From Eukaryota sp. GEM-RC1 (taxonomy: Eukaryota): a DNA stretch of 64,000 nt. How positions within the stretch are numbered: the stretch's first letter is position 1; every line of letters begins with the position of its first letter. The position numbers were made by a program, and so were the translations under genes. The stretch is from assembly GCA_040285855.1 (NCBI GenBank), contig JAUFOQ010000017.1, forward strand, positions 1,116,001 to 1,180,000. The letters are read 5' to 3'. This document shows, in pieces, positions 39,096 through 51,699 of the stretch. Below the pieces are notes generated by a model. That model did not search any database. It worked only from the letters and a program-made list of their open reading frames with translations, and was not told where the DNA came from.

Positions 39096-40882
39096 ATCTC
39101 AATAGAATGATATTTCGGAGTACAATTGAGTTCTTCACTTTTCATAAGTATGAAAGAGGTCATATAGCTGGCCCAAAACTCTGTTGGATTCCGTTGTAAA
39201 TCCATTACTTCAAGAGCAAAGCGATGTGAAGCACAATCACTGTGAAGCACAACCAACGAAAGGAATCCTTACTAAATCAGCAAGACCAGTGTTTTAGGAC
39301 AGTTGTCACCATCAAGAAACAACAAGGATTCTCTAGAGAGTTCAAAAGAGAATCTAATCTAAGAGAATTCTCTAATCAAATCTACTATAATAGTTGTATA
39401 ATTTCGATAAACATGCCAAGGAAGAGAATATTATTATGTACAATATTATTATAGCAAATTCTTGTTGAAGGAATATATAATTTTAATGTCAAGCTAAGAT
39501 TTATATATTTACTAGTGTATTTCTATAATTTTTCAGTTCTTGAATCGTAGTTATGAACCTTGTATGATTATGGAACAATATCAAATAATGAACTACAACA
39601 AGAAAATTTCACTGTAGACCCAACAGGGCTTCAGTGGTACCATTAGAGAATGCAAATATACACTTATCATCTCGGTTCTAACACAGCAATTTTAGATACA
39701 ATACAAACACAGTCTTCAATTTGGTTCTTGACTAATCAATGAAGTATTGTTACTCCAACAAGATATCTCTCTACATTATGCCAAACAGTGATCGTTTTGA
39801 CACTTTGTTTATCAGGATATTTATTCAAATCAAAAAATGTTCAACGTCAAAACAAACCAATTTCTTGGTCGATCAAGATTCGAATTAATTTCAGTAAGTA
39901 TAGGCTATTAAATCAAGAAGTCGGCTCAACGTCTGTAGGATTCAAATTTAGATGCAGTGATACTGGCGACACCTTATCGAATTTCTGGAACTCTTGTTCA
40001 ACGGGAATTGCAATAATTTCGATTGCTGATACCTATTGTACCAATACTACTATTTAAAACCATGGAATATTTCAATCTGAATCAAACCCGTATTACATCA
40101 TTGCGTGTAATAGGACACGACGAGACATTTATAGATAAGTATTTGATGATTAGTATCTTATTCAAGAAAACCGAGTTCTATTTTATTCGATACAGAGTCA
40201 AAAAGAACTCTGTGTAATTCTAGTTATAGTTTAAGATACTGTTAATTCGTATTTGTCCACCTCTCACCACTTAGAAACATTAAATCTGGCTATTAGTTGT
40301 TAGAAATAACAAACAAATTGAGTTTTAAGTGACACCAGTCTGTATTACTAAGACACAAAATTCCAAGTAAAAAACACGACTTTTGGGTTCGAAAAACTGC
40401 ACAAGAAGGGTCTACATTACTACAAAATACACATAAACATCAGCTTTTTGAATAATGTATACTGGTCAATTAGCACACACTGAGGATGTACAACGGAAAT
40501 TAGAACCAAGATTCGATTGTTGAAATTATTATGAAAGGATATAACATAAAATCGGTATGGAACAGATTACATGTAGTTATTAAAATGCTGAAATAAACAG
40601 ATACCAACATCAGACAGAGAACAATAATTGTGAGTATTCGATTCAGAAAGGAGTTGCTTACTTCTACGAAAAAAAGCCTGAAATATTGAAACACCACATG
40701 ATGACTTTACCAGAAAAACAAATCATGCACACCGTAAAAATGTTAGACACGTCGTCCTCCTAAATGAAAGGTCATTCGAATAGAAACGTCATCATCCCGA
40801 ATCAAATTTGACCGATAAGTTAACGATAACCAAAAGTACATTACAACAATAAGAAACTAATTGAAGAGCTTCACATTATAAC

Positions 40883-41818
40883 TCATCTCTTTTGAATTAC
40901 TCTATTATTCCACGCAAAGGAGGTCTCAAGATTAGTAAACCAATCTACAGTAGAATTACTTTTACATATAGTTCGAACAGGAAACTCGTCCAGAGTCACT
41001 TCAACCACATCACCTTCATGAACCTCATTAAGTGAGTTACCATCGTAAAACACAGATAGTGATGCGTGAAAGCAATTCAACACCTTAACTGTGATCTTGG
41101 CAGTACCAGGAAGTAGAATGGGTCTACTACAACGTGAAACAGGGCAAATGGGAGTGATAAGAATAGCAGGGATCTCTGGATGAACACAAGCTCCTCCCGC
41201 AGAGAGAGAATAAGCGGTGGAGCCGGTAGTGGTGACAATGAGAAGACCATCGGCTACGACGGTGTTGATGAGCTTATTGTCACAGTAGCATTGCATGAGA
41301 GGACGGTGCATTTCTAGAACAGAGCCTGTTCCAATGAGACCTGACCAACGCGAGATGTGGCGGCTTCTTTCGATAGAGACTTCGTTGAGGGCAGTGAAGT
41401 GGCGGTTATTTTTAGTAATGTTACCAGAGAGGCAATATCTGAGAGTTGTTTTGAAATCAGAACTGAGAGCAGATGAGATTGCTAGCTCGTATTCATCGTG
41501 GTTGAAAGAGCTAAGGAATCCAAGGGATCCTGTGTGTATTGGGATAAAAAGGGGCTTGACTTTCGGAAAGTAGCTAGATGCGTGGATCACGGTACCATCT
41601 CCTCCAACAGTAACGACAAGATCAACCATGTCACCCTTATCTGTATTCAGAGGCTCTAATTTCAAGGAAAGAGCAGCAAAGGATTCAACCATGTCTGGTT
41701 CCACAAACAGATAAAGATCATGTGAACTAAGGTAACGAAGGATACACGATGTAAGAAGTAGAGATTCTTCGTTAGGTTTACACACAACAAACACTGATGT
41801 GGGAGGAGGGCTCAACAT
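40883..41818 (-). CDS. NADK: NAD kinase
   Basis: GGDGT, GSLGFL, ALNEV, DGLLIVTTTGSTAYSLSAGG and TPICP motifs. Confidence 0.95.
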   Translation of the reverse strand: MLSPPPTSVFVVCKPNEESLLLTSCILRYLSSHDLYLFVEPDMVESFAALSLKLEPLNTDKGDMVDLVVTVGGDGTVIHASSYFPKVKPLFIPIHTGSLGFLSSFNHDEYELAISSALSSDFKTTLRYCLSGNITKNNRHFTALNEVSIERSRHISRWSGLIGTGSVLEMHRPLMQCYCDNKLINTVVADGLLIVTTTGSTAYSLSAGGACVHPEIPAILITPICPVSRCSRPILLPGTAKITVKVLNCFHASLSVFYDGNSLNEVHEGDVVEVTLDEFPVRTICKSNSTVDWFTNLETSFAWNNRVIQKR

Positions 41819-42016
41819 TTACCAATTTTGATGATGTTATTGTCTTTTGCGATATCTTTTTGATGAGATGACTTCACTCTCAGTACTTTAGTGAAGCCTG
41901 TAGTAGGGTTTAGCAGAAAAAACTTCAGTAAACTGCAGGCTTCACCAAAGTAGTAAAGTGACTTTACTTTAGAGCTTTGGACAACTTTAGTGAAGACTCT
42001 AAACAGTATTGATGAG

Positions 42017-42918
42017 CATAGCTGAAAAAATACAAATTAGTGTATTTTTGTATTTTCACTGTATTTTTGTATTTTTGTAAAATACAAGCGTGTCTCAACA
42101 ATGTTTAATTTTTGTGTTTTTGTATTTTTTTGTATTTTTTGACTGAAAGTGGTTGGATATCGTCCTTTGTCACTCTGAAGGTGATAGCCACACATACGAA
42201 AGTTCTTTGTAATAGTAAATCAAACAGTTGTGTGTACTTTGTCCAGACTTTGGTCTTCAAGTGTTTCGTATATTTATAAGAATGACGTCTATTAATCGAG
42301 ATTTTGCCTTTCGATCTTTTCAACTTTGATTTTGGCAAACTCATACTGTCTTTGTTGGAACTTGGAGTCAAGAAGACATCAGTATAGGCGTTTGTGATGA
42401 ATAGTTTACACTTGTGCTTCAGTTGTTGTGATTATCGTTGAGATTATCAATTAATTACCACATGGCATTCTAGAACATCATTCACCTAAAAAAATGCAGC
42501 TCATCTACTGGTTCTCAGACCAGGAATAACAAGTTAAACCAGGTATCCTTGGTCTCAGTGGAAAATTCTTTCCACGGGGACTGATTTATGTTTTACTTCA
42601 TTTTGAACCGTTTAAACTTTAAAGGCTAATATCGTCAAATGCAAAATAGATCAACTGCGACTACTAGTAAGTGTTGTGAATAGTGTACAATGTACAAGAT
42701 GGAAATGTAGCGTTCCAAGAAGAGGAAGAATCACTTCCTAAAGTACTGTACTAGTAGTATCAGCGCTATTAATAATCCCATATTTCATCTGTTTGCTTAT
42801 CGACATAAATTCAACTTCTTGGAGTTTTACTGTATTAGTAAATCATTTTTTATTACTTGTACTTTTGTATTTTCGTGCGTATTTTTAGAACAGGTGTGGC
42901 TTGTATTTGACAGCTATG
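42017..42918. mobile_element. Non-autonomous DNA transposon with CATAGCTG TIRs
   Basis: Imperfect TIR CATAGCTG..AAATACAA, 8-bp TSD TTGATGAG, subterminal TGTATTTT repeats. Confidence 0.85.
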
Positions 42919-42981
42919 TTGATGAGCTTACAACAATTTATAACTTTACAACAAACAAATAAACAAGATGTTATGTACAAC

Positions 42982-43984
42982 TTATAGTTGCAATTGCTGA
43001 TGTTGCCAATAAAGGACAGCCATTTCAGTCCACATTCTGTTCTCAGCCTCGTCAAAAATGACAGATTGAGGTCCGTCAATAACTTCTTCAGTTACTTCAA
43101 TACCACGTTGAGCGGGTCTAAGGTGAATAAACTAAAGAAAAACATACAAGCAATGAAGGAAAATAGCATCTTTCTTGGCGTGCTTCATAAGATCACCATT
43201 GACTCTGTAGGGAGCAAAAACTTCCAGACGAGATTCAGCCTGTTCCTTGGGGATGTGATAACTCATCCATGAATCAGTGGCAATGACGTCGGCATTGGTG
43301 ACAGCTTCAATGGGATCGTTGGTGACAGTGTATTTACCACCATACTTGGCGACAAGGGCGTCAAGTTCAGCAAACACTTCCTCCTCAACATCAAATTCTG
43401 GTCCTTTGGGTCCAGCAACGGCAATTTCAGAACCGACAACGAGAGCAGCTCTCATCATATCGTAGGTAACGTTGTTACGGATATCACCAACGAAAACAAT
43501 TTTGAGGCCTTGAACAGTTTTCTTGTGTTCTAAGATTGTAAGGAAATCGGCAAACATCTGCATAGGATGAGCCCAATCGTCTAAAGCATTGATGATGGGG
43601 ATTGATGCATACTTGGCAACTTCACAGACGTCCTGGCGTTTGTTGACACGGGCCATAACGAAATCGCACATGCGTGAAACAACACGGGAGAAATCGGCGT
43701 AGGTTTCCTTGACACCAAGAGGAGATCCCTTGATATCGTAGTAAATAGCATGTCCACCAAGTTTTGTCATGCCAGCTTCGAAAGAAACACGAGTACGAAG
43801 AGATGGCTTTTCGAAAAGCATGAGAAGTGTCTTACGTTCAAGAGACTTACTTTGTTGAGTAGAGAAAAATGGAGACTTACCTGTATTTGTCAGGATTGGC
43901 CTTCATATCGCGAGCGATCTCGAGAATTTCGATAAACTCTTCACGAGAGAAATCGGCAGCGGTGAGGATGTGACGGAGAGGCAT
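42982..43984 (-). CDS. OTC: Ornithine carbamoyltransferase (313 aa; introns 43850-43880 and 43118-43147)
   Basis: [23 protein letters not shown] (formed by splicing) and EAENR. Confidence 0.95.
43118..43147 (-). other. Spliceosomal intron, 30 nt
   Basis: GTATGT...ATTCACCTTAG; contains an in-frame TAG; removal gives HCLPAQRG. Confidence 0.92.
43850..43880 (-). other. Spliceosomal intron, 31 nt
   Basis: GTAAGT...ACTCAACAAAG; removal gives [22 protein letters not shown]. Confidence 0.9.
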
Positions 43985-44420
43985 TATAATAGGGAAAGTA
44001 CCAATAATTTCCAATTTGACTGTCTTTCTGAAGTCCAAATGGAATGAGATTAGCTCGTTTTTGTGCAAGCGAACAACAACAAAATATAATATATAGCACA
44101 ATGTACGTGATAAATTTGTTCTCAAATTCTATCAGTGACATGTAGTCCAAGCATAGTTGAATAAAACACGATTTAGTCTTGTTTAGTAAACCCAAAGCGC
44201 ATTGTCCAAATGATAATGTCCAAGAAACAAACAAATATGTTTCCAGAATCCCAGAAAACAAATTTGTAAGAGAAGCATTTGTCATCGTGAACTGACAAGA
44301 TCCCAACTCAAGACATTATTTCATTGAGAAAACAGAATCAAAAACAGCGATTGTAGTGCTGTTACAGTAATATTTCTTAGCACACTGAAAATTATTTCTA
44401 TTAGACTCTTTTCTTTTCTC

Positions 44421-47400
44421 ATGAAGGCTCGGTTAACTTCCACAGACCTTTTCCATGTTATAGCTGAACTAAAATCTCGCATTCTTGGCTCCTATGTCAC
44501 CAACATCTATGACGTTGACACAAGACTTTTCCTTTTCAAACTTCACAGACCTGAACACAATGAAACTCTACTCTATGAATCCGGAGTTCGTTTCCACTCT
44601 TCCGCTGCTGTTTCTCGAGAAACTGGTGTACCCTCAGGATTCACTCTCAAACTCCGTAAACATCTCAGAGGTCGTAGACTTGTGAACATTGAACAGGTGG
44701 GTATAGACAGAGTTGTCAAACTCTCATTTGGTTTTGCAGACCAATTATGTTTTCTTGTTTTAGAACTTTTCACCCCTGGTAACGTCATTCTCTTAAACAG
44801 CTCCAATGAGATTCTCTCTTGTCTACGTAGGTCTACCCCCGGTAGTGAACCCCGGATAGCCCCAGGGTCTGTCTTTATACCTGAAATGCATGCCAGAACT
44901 TTCCACCCTGTTTCTATTTCCTCTCTGTCACTTCCATTACAGAAGGCTGCAGCAAGTAGAGATATTATTCAAAAGAAGAAGAAGAAAGGACTTCAAGGGT
45001 TCCCACCAAATTCTATAGGGAATTCTCTAGCCACCTTCTTTTCATTAGGTCCACAGTACACTGAAGTTGTTCTGCGGCGAGCGGGAGTCGAACCCCGTAC
45101 CTTAGCTCAAGAAGTGCTTGATTCTGAAGCAATCATGAACAGTATCGTCTCCCAGTTCAATGTTCTTGAACAAGAGCTACTCTCCCCAACTGAAAAACAT
45201 GAAGGTTATATCCTGTTCAAGGAAAATGCACCTCAAGTGGACCTACAGGAAGCTGTGGCTACCGGAGTATCTGAATTTGAACTTATTTCACGAAAGTTAC
45301 GAGAATTGTCAACAACCTCTATTGTTGAGTTTTTGCCTAAGTTAATAGAAGAAGATCCAGCTAAAATTTTAAAAATATCTTCTTTTAATTTTGCTATTGA
45401 TGTTTGCTTTGCCAGACTTGAAGAAGCTTCTGCACAAGCTGACGTGGAGAGTAAGCAACGAGCAGTTGACCAAAAGTTGGTTAAAATTGAGAGTTTTCAT
45501 GAACAACAGGTTTCTTCTCTTGAAAACACTGAGGTGTCGTTGTTGAAGAAAGCCAGAGTGGTGGAGGAGAATGTTGAGTTAGTCGATTTAATACTGGAAA
45601 CGGTGTCTACGTGTGTGAATTCTGGAATGAATTTCAAGGATATTTTAAAATTGATTGAAAATTCTCACGAGGGTGGACTAGGTCAATTTGTTCATTCCAG
45701 TAATCTCCCCCAACGTAAGATCACCATCTTCTTACCTCTCTACAATGAAACTACTGAGGAAGAGGAAGCAGTGACTGTAGAACTATCCTTGAGTGAGACC
45801 GCTCTGTCAAATGTTCGTCACTTGTATGAGAAAGCTAAGAAAGCGAGACACAAGAAGTCAAAGGCTTTGGATGCACATTCTTCTGTTGTCAAAAGGGCGG
45901 AGAAAAAGGCACAGAAAGCTGTTGACCACATGTCTTTAAGAGCCTCTGTTGTACATTCCCGAACAACTTTCTGGTTTGAAAAATTTAATTGGTTTATATC
46001 ATCAGAGAATTTTGTAGTCGTTGCAGGTCGTGATTTAATGCAAAACGAAATTCTAGTCAAGAGATACTTATCCCCAAAAGATATCTACATTCATTCCACT
46101 GTACACGGAGCTGCCTCAGTCCTAATCAAAATCAAAGACGTTTACCCCACCAATGTTACACTTCAAGAAGCAGGTGGTTTTGCTGTGTGTCACTCTCGTT
46201 GTTGGGAGCAGAAAGTTGTTTCTAGTTCGTATTGGGTCTTTGGACATCAAGTTTCTCAAACGGCGCCTACTGGTATGTCAGTAGCTAGTGGAAGTTTTGT
46301 TATTCGTGGTAAAAAGAACTTTCTTGATACTAGTCCCTTGATTATGGGAGTTGGAATTCTATTTAAGCTAGGAGATGTCGAGAGTATTCAGAGACATGGA
46401 GGTGATCGTAAGTTAAAGGGAAATACTGTAGAGCTCATACCTTCCACTTCTGCTGAGATGTCGATGGACGAGGATGACGGGGCTGTTGTAGAGGAGGAAG
46501 CTGCTTGGGAAGATGCATTGGAAGCGAGAAAGAAGAAGAAAAAGGAGGATGAGGGAAAGGTACAACAGGTTGTGTTTGAGGAAGCTGAAGATCACGTGGA
46601 TGTTGACGTGACATTAGGGGATCTAATCACAAATGATCCGTCAATCAAACCGTCATCAAGTCAAACTAAGAAGAAGGTATCAAAAGCCGAACGTCGACTA
46701 CAAAAGAAGGCCAAAGACATGGGCATCTCCTATGAAGAGCTAATGGAGAGAAAGCAGCTAGAGAAGGCAGAAGCTGACCGCCTTGAAGCACTTAGATTAG
46801 AAGAAGGGAAGGAGAAACAGCGATTGGAGGAACTTCGACTGGAAGAAGAAAGGTTAGCGGCAGAGCGATTGGAACAGCAAATGTTGCAGGAAGAACGAAT
46901 TCTGGCTGAGTTGGAAAGGAAATTGATGACGAGTCACAGTCGTCTGATAGTGAAGAGATTGAGATTGATGAGGAAACTGATGATGAGAAAACTGATGGCG
47001 TAGAAGATGATGGTGACGAATCAGATCTGATTGACAAGAAACCCGTTGATCTTGGTGTTTTACGTTGTTTCAATTGTGGAGGACCTCACAAACGTGTTGA
47101 TTGTCCCCATCAAAAACTTGCTGCTAAAGAAAAACGTCAACGTGTTCACGCAGATCAAGAAATTGAACGAACACTTCTAGGTGAACAGCAGGAGCTAATC
47201 CAAGCTGATGCTGATCTATCGTCTCTTAGTCACATCCCGGTACCTGAAGATGTCTTGTTGTACGGTATTCCAGTTTGTGCACCATGGTCTTGTGTTCAGC
47301 ATTATAAGTATAGAATTAAAATGACACCTGGCAATACTAAGAAGGGAAAAGCTTCCCAGTCGGTGATTGAGTATTTGTCGAAAATGGCAAAAATTCAAAG

Positions 47401-47497
47401 AGAGTCTGATTTGATTAAGTGTCTTTCTCCTCAAGAGATTTCAATGTTGATGCCTGGAAAAGTTAGTTTATCTGTGGGCAAGGGAAAGAAGCATTAA
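44421..47497 (+). CDS. NEMF: NEMF/Rqc2 ribosome quality-control protein (apparent frameshift ~46915)
   Basis: NFACT-N (ESGVRFH, LRKHLR, DRVV), FWFEKFNWFISSEN..AGRD, HGA, GSFVIRGKKNFL. Adding one A reads through an acidic tract, a CFNCGGPHKRVDC knuckle and the C-terminal PVCAPW..YKYRIKMTPG..KKGKA. Confidence 0.92.
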
Positions 47498-48327
47498 TTG
47501 AAAATTTTTTACAAAATTTAGTGTATTATTTGTATCTTTCATTCCCAAACAAAATTTGGCGACATTGGTTTGTTTTTTAGATTGATGTTCCATGATGATC
47601 CACAAGTTTCATTTCTTATGTTGTCATGTTCTTTAACCTCCCTCAATCGATTAAATTTAATTTTACTACATTTTTATTTTTGATTGAATGATAATTAATC
47701 TGTATTGTTTCTGTTACAGTCTTCCCAAATTTCTAAGGTAATACTGTCGTTGATACACCTAAAGAACCGTACAAACGGATACAATCAACTAACATTCAAT
47801 ATGTTCTATGTGTTTTCTCCCTACTTAAAAATGACTGGGCTGAATTCAAAACCAAACCAGATGTTCCTCAAACATCAACTTTCGTCTTCATTATTTCATT
47901 GCATACTTAGGAATAACCATTGAGAATTGACATGACATCTGATGTCTGTACTGATACCTTGTCATGTCCTTAGCTTGACATCACAACTTCCTTTCACGGT
48001 TAAATACTTATAGTTTCTTTGTGGAAACCCATTAAAAGCTACAAGATCATCAATTAGGGAAAACGATTACTTCTTTAGTTCATAAATTAACACAAAGCTT
48101 TCTTTTTCACCATTTTTCTGCTTTGAGCCAGTAGTATTTGCCCTAACGATGAACAACTTTTTGGATCATGCAGTTAGTATGAATCATGAACAGTCAGACA
48201 AATAGAAATTGTACATTAACATTTCGAATATTCAATTTGACATTTTGTTCAACTGAGGCAGTAATTCAGAATCATAAAGAGAACAAATTTCGGATATTTA
48301 TGTACAACAAAAAATTAAACAAAGAGA

Positions 48328-50302
48328 CTACTTACTGCAGTAATGTCTTGAGAGCAGTTGATATGCCGCGTATACGGGAATTATAACTGCAAGACCGAAC
48401 ATGATCAAAGCAAAAGCATCAGCAAACCCTGCTTCCTTAGCTTCCTCATCAGGAAACCAATGTTCATATAACAAACCCATTAAGAGCAAAATCAGAAAAA
48501 AACCAACGGCAGTTATACAAAAACCCCAGATCCAAAACATTGCAATTCTAGTAACCTTTGATTCTACGATTGTGGACGTGGTAATAACATATCTATCGGA
48601 AGTGGCACTAGAAACGTTGATATCAAAATGATCTCTACTTTGACAAAACCTTCCGTTTCTGGAGTTTTCTAAAGTTTCTACATATTCAACTGAATCTAGA
48701 ACAAGTGAATAGGAAGGTAATAACGAAGATAAACGGGCGGTTAGCATTTCAACTTTAGTATCACTATTAGTTAAGGGTGGTGTCGACCATTTATAGTCAG
48801 AGATATACAAACTCTTGAGATTATCGCAAATTGATGTAGAAAAAACAGGACAAGAAAACTCAACAAAAGTATGACGTATAGATGTACCAAGTTGTAATGA
48901 AACTTTGAAAAGAGAGTTCTCTGAGTATTCCACGTCAACAATTAAATCAGAAAGATCCGCAAGATCTTCAATAGAATCTTTGATCAAATCAGTGTAAGTC
49001 TTGAGTTCAAAATGACAGTCACACTGAGTGAGCTGCAGATCATGTGATTTAAGCAGATTAACCAAGTTATTTAACTTTGTACCAGCTTCAGTCAATACAA
49101 TTGAGGTAAATGAGACTTCAGTAGACAATTTAATATCCTCAAATGATAAAATAACATTAACATTGTCCATATCAACGAATTCAAGAGTAAAAGGAACAGT
49201 CAAACTTTCAGAGAAGGAATCAATCAAAACTGATTGACATGCCTCGAGTATCATTGATTCATCCTCAAGGTCATCGACATAGAATTCAGGTACAGAAATA
49301 GTTGATAGAAACACTGAGATATTGAGAAGCTCTTGGCCTTTTTGACTTAAACTTAGTACTGGAGTTATGGTTACAGAAGCTGATAAATGGTCAATCTCAA
49401 GTGCAATTGTGTAATTACTTTGACCAGCATTTGAAACAGAAAAAGTCAAATCACTGCTAACGAGAGCTAAGACGTGACCCTTGATTTTGTTGGAAACGTG
49501 ACTTTCATCTTCCAATGAGTGGACTTCAACTGTAGCAGAATCAAAGTAATCAGCAATACTGACTGTCGCCTCATCGAGAATTACAAACTGCCCACATTGG
49601 TCAACTTCTAAATTAACAGACACTTGGTTGGAGACCTTACCCTTACTGAGAGTTACTACTCCAAGTACTTTAATACTAGACTCAGTCTGGGAGATGATTG
49701 AATATTCAATTGAAACATCAGTAATAGGAGGTTTTAAAACTTCAATAATTATTTCATCCAAAAGAGTACCAAATTCATCAGCCTGAGAACAAACATCTTC
49801 ACTGGAAATCGAGTCAAATGAATGAGATGATAGCCATTTACTTGAGTAGAATACAGCTCCTTCATCATTATAATCAAAATCAATTTTCTGGACAGAAAAT
49901 GATCTCGACTTATCCTTACGAATCAGCGTAACATCGAAAATGGACGATCTGGCATCATACGCAGCAGAAGCGGCTATCTGAAGATGCATTAACTCTCGAT
50001 TTAGATCAGCTTCGAGTACCTCTATCTGTAGTGAAGTGTTTAGTGGACTGAAAACATTGAAAGTATTTGAATTCAGAAAGAACCTGGCTTGTAATTCGCC
50101 ACGAAGGAGTATGCCATCGGACATTTGGAAACAAGAAGACCAACACCGAAGAGATAACAAGAATCGCCACAAAGAAGAGGTAAGAAAAGAACGCGAGCTT
50201 TAAAGCATCAGACTGGTATTTCGGCTGTGGAATCATCTGGTCCATATCGGGAGCCATCGGATGATCGGAACAACTACGCATTTCTACAACATCTGAAGAC
50301 AT
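48328..50302 (-). CDS. Unknown membrane protein (N-terminal TM, large loop, two C-terminal TMs; apparent frameshift ~50130)
   Basis: Long open frame; removing one T from a T-run joins it to the upstream ATG ORF (MSSDVVEM) and its TM segment. Confidence 0.7.
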
Positions 50303-50433
50303 CAATCTAATATATTTAAGTAAGCAGGAAGGTACTATCACAGTAAAGGACGGATCAGAGAGAATCGAAATTCATGATTCAACATGAAGTTCACGTCTGA
50401 TGTAACAATTCCATCACCAACAATCTCCAATTC

Positions 50434-51029
50434 ATGAGGGCTTCCGGACTCATTGTCAAAAGTCCCTTTCTTGACAGACTCTATCTTGACCCTAAAAGCT
50501 TCCTTCTCAGTGCACGTGCGGTACAAATGGTTCGTCTCTTCTTTGAAACCATAAATGTTCGTGGAACTGGTTCTCTAGATGACGTACAGATGTACTGTTT
50601 GTTTAATACCACCACAAACATGACTGACAACCAAATTGACGCAGTCTTCGATACCTTTGACCTTGATGGAGATGGTACCATTGATTTCGACGAGTTCTAT
50701 CTCCTCATAGCTATCCTACTCGCTGTTAAAAACAACCAACAAAAGCAATTCCTCTATCGCCATGCCCGCACTTGCTTTGAACTTCTTGATGCTGACGGTA
50801 ACGGTACCATCTCCAAAGAGAGTTTGAAACCCTGGGTTTCATCTTTGGATACTCTGATAGAGCTGTCAGACAAGTTTTTCACGAGTTTGATATCTCTGTA
50901 AGCAAGGAACTTGAGTTTGATGAGTTCCGTATGTTTATCATTGCTTGTGTTGATTTGGAGAAAGAGTATGATGAGAAGCAACGTCAGCAAGATGAGTTGA
51001 AGGGACAGTCTAAATGTGTCGTAATGTAG
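50434..51029 (+). CDS. EFCAB9: EFCAB9-like EF-hand protein with C-terminal CaaX (apparent frameshift ~50815)
   Basis: LYLD...LLS.R.V, FDTFDLDGDGTIDFDEFY, KQFLYRHAR..FELLD. Adding one A gives REFETLGFIFG..FHEFDIS..LEFDEFRMF...SKCVVM*. Confidence 0.8.
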
Positions 51030-51699
51030 GTTGTTGGACACTCCTTTGTTGTAGTTGTTCTTTGGTTTGAGTTAGTTGTCTCGGTCATTATTTTAACGGG
51101 TGTTTTTTAACACTTATGTAATCATGTTTTCGATTAATTTTATTTAGTGACAGATGTTTTGTTTCACTAATTATAATTTATTGATGTCCAAAAGGGTTAT
51201 TTTTCTACAAAAGTATAACTTGTAAAACAAATAAATAATACTAAGACTAAACCCAAACGACTTCATCCCTATACAGTAACCGATCACCTTTTTCAACATT
51301 AACATTCCCACAACACAAAGGTATATAAATAAAGGTATATTCCGATAAATGGAAAACACAATACAGTTTTTCCATTCAGCCATTCTAAACTTACACTTCT
51401 TTTCTTTACAAAGTTCTTAGAAATGGTTGAACAAATGCACAAGCTGGTCTAATCGATCCAAAAAGTGAAACAGCAGAATGTTGAAACACAAACGTTGAAT
51501 ATGTTATCGACTTAATTCGTCTACTTGAGAGTTTTATGTGAAGTGTTTGAGCGTTTCAGCAGCTGTTAACGGAAGGAAAGAAGAATCTAATATCCTAGTA
51601 ACACAAGATTTGTTACAAACATCTACTGTGGTAAAATTCATCAATGATTGAATTGTTTTTGTTTCAATAAGTAGATTTTCCTGGGAATATTTGAGATCA

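Noticed and set aside
29248..50681. Numerous short ORFs antisense to or overlapping real genes
   Set aside because: Shadow ORFs with no motifs, explained by the opposite-strand CDS.
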